From positions 87,301 through 151,300 of the IMG/VR virus record IMGVR_UViG_3300034105_003151: a stretch of DNA of 64,000 nucleotides. The stretch is one strand, 5' to 3'. The notes under the pieces were generated by a model. It worked only from the letters and a program-made list of their open reading frames with translations, was not told the origin of the DNA and ran no database searches. Made by a program: the position numbers and the translations under genes. This DNA is from a virus. Of this stretch, positions 62,437-64,000 are shown one piece after another (position 1 is the stretch's first letter; each line of letters opens with the position of its first letter).

Positions 62437-62859
62437 ATGATTATAGGAGTAACAGGAACTCGTAACGGAATGAACGAGATTCAGAAACGTAATGTTACAG
62501 AATTTTTGAGAAAGTCGCGGGAAGAATTAGAATATGAAATGTTTACCTTGCGTCATGGAGATTGTGTGGGAGTTGATGCAGAGGTAGCGAAAATTGCCCA
62601 TGATCTAGGATACGTTATATTTTGCCATCCTCCTGTTGATGATTCCCTAAGAGCATTTTACGACGCTGATTTCACAGCTTCTCCTAAAAATCATTTTGCT
62701 CGTAATCGTGATATTGTTGATAATAGCGACCTACTAATAGTGGTTCCTATGGACAACGAGCGTAAAACCAGGGGTGGCACTTGGTATACTTATGATTATG
62801 CAATGAAGAAGAGGATTGCTATTAGCGTGTTCTATCCAGATGGAAGGATCGGACCATGA
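62437..62859 (+). CDS. SLOG/DprA-like Rossmann-fold protein
   Basis: IGVTGTR, HGDCVGVD, RNRDIVD.SD, GGTWYT. Confidence 0.75.
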   Translation: MIIGVTGTRNGMNEIQKRNVTEFLRKSREELEYEMFTLRHGDCVGVDAEVAKIAHDLGYVIFCHPPVDDSLRAFYDADFTASPKNHFARNRDIVDNSDLLIVVPMDNERKTRGGTWYTYDYAMKKRIAISVFYPDGRIGP

Positions 62860-63782
62860 GCCGCGTAACTAATGTAATAGTTACCCTGGATATTTTAGAC
62901 CATAAATTCATTATAGATAGATTAAACACTTGGCTAAGGCTAGGAGATCATTCTACTCTATTAAAAGTAGATGAATATTGTGGAGGAAAAGCATTTGAAG
63001 CTCATGTATATATGGGTGCTTTTAATTATTTCAATAGTTATAGATTCTTAGAATTCTGTAAATTAATTAAACAAAAACATAAACATCATCATATACATTT
63101 TAGTTTGCTGATTGTTGATCCAGAAAATAGTCATTATTTTTTGGAAATAGGAGAACCTCTCTAGTGAAAAATGGTATAGTCTGCGATATCTGTGGTCAAA
63201 ACACCACCATCTATACTAAAGTTCATAAGACTGTTCCTTTTGTTGATGGCAGAAATTATGAAAAGGTTTGTTTCGGATGTTTTAATGTGCCTAGAACAAG
63301 CAATCAAACATACCAGTCTGATGGATGCTTAAAAGATCATATTGAATTAGATTACTCCCCCGAATATCTTCACTCAGCCAAGGAGTTGACAAACGAGGGT
63401 TGTTGTGATACTCTTAAAGAAGCAAAGGCTTGTTTAGAAGCGGTCAGCAAACTTTGTTCCAAAGCAAAGCGAAGTGTTAAACTAAAAGGAAAGCCTAAAC
63501 CAGAATGGATAATAACATGAAAAAGATCGTAACAGAAATAGGCAGAAAAGATATTGATTTTGAAGACAGCATCGATAATGTGATTTCTATGCTTCAAAGA
63601 TACAAAGAAGAGGGATGGACAAATATTACTTGCGAGTACATTTACGATACAAAAATTTATCATTTTTGTAAGCAGCGACATGAAACAGACAATGAATACA
63701 ATGAGCGTATTTTGCTGGAAGAATCCATCAGGGAATATCGACGCAAACACTATGAGGATCTCAAAAAGGAATCTATCTGGTA

Positions 63783-64000
63783 ATGAATAAAGATCAAATG
63801 ATAGAAGCATTCAAGAAAATAATGGAGAAACAGAGCAAACACGATCTGTATTGGAATACCACTACAGTAATCTCTGCTTTCCCAGGAACAGGAAAGACAT
63901 TTTATTTTCAGAGATCGAAATTTAAGAAGGTATTAGATAGCGATAGCTCAAAATTTGATAAACAATACTTTCCAGAAAATTATATCGAACATATCAAAGA
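63783..64000 (+). CDS. P-loop kinase-like protein, partial
   Basis: VISAFPGTGKT...DSDSS.F...FP.NYI.HIK. Confidence 0.75.
   Translation, partial: MNKDQMIEAFKKIMEKQSKHDLYWNTTTVISAFPGTGKTFYFQRSKFKKVLDSDSSKFDKQYFPENYIEHIK

Larger units (their letters stand above)
43226..63783 (+). other. Dense co-oriented array of small hypothetical phage genes
   Basis: Dozens of 60-200 aa ORFs with overlapping stop/start codons, GGAG-type RBSs and interspersed sigma70 promoters. Confidence 0.85.

Overview
This is a 64-kb segment of a large tailed dsDNA phage genome; two planctomycete-style proteins suggest, but do not prove, a Planctomycetota host. (1) 1-19.7 kb, minus strand, AT-rich: the late module, with a phage sigma factor, putative TerS, GDP-mannose 4,6-dehydratase, HNH and ERCC4 nucleases, TerL, portal, protease/scaffold, decoration, major capsid, fibre-like and BspA/DUF285 proteins, and neck genes. 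(2) About 20-43 kb, plus strand, visibly more GC-rich: an early/host-takeover-type region of short genes, strong sigma70 promoters, 27 tRNA genes in two clusters covering all 20 amino acids, and several candidate structured RNAs. (3) 43-64 kb, plus strand: many small hypothetical genes plus HAD, YopX, HhH-GPD glycosylase, ThyX and SLOG-like genes. The most striking signal is non-coding. Sixteen intergenic copies of an element divide the early region into cassette-like units. Each full copy has two 29-bp imperfect palindromes at an invariant 53-bp period around a GGCGGGCCG core. Nine copies are followed by consensus-like sigma54 (-24/-12) sites, mostly antisense, and then a sigma70 promoter. 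Other candidates are a fixed-position CCTTAC-N6-GTAAGG operator, a GTGTAW late-promoter motif, a D-arm-less tRNA-Tyr with a possible pseudoknot, and a His-type tRNA-like RNA with an expanded anticodon arm. All calls are from manual reading; no database searches were run.
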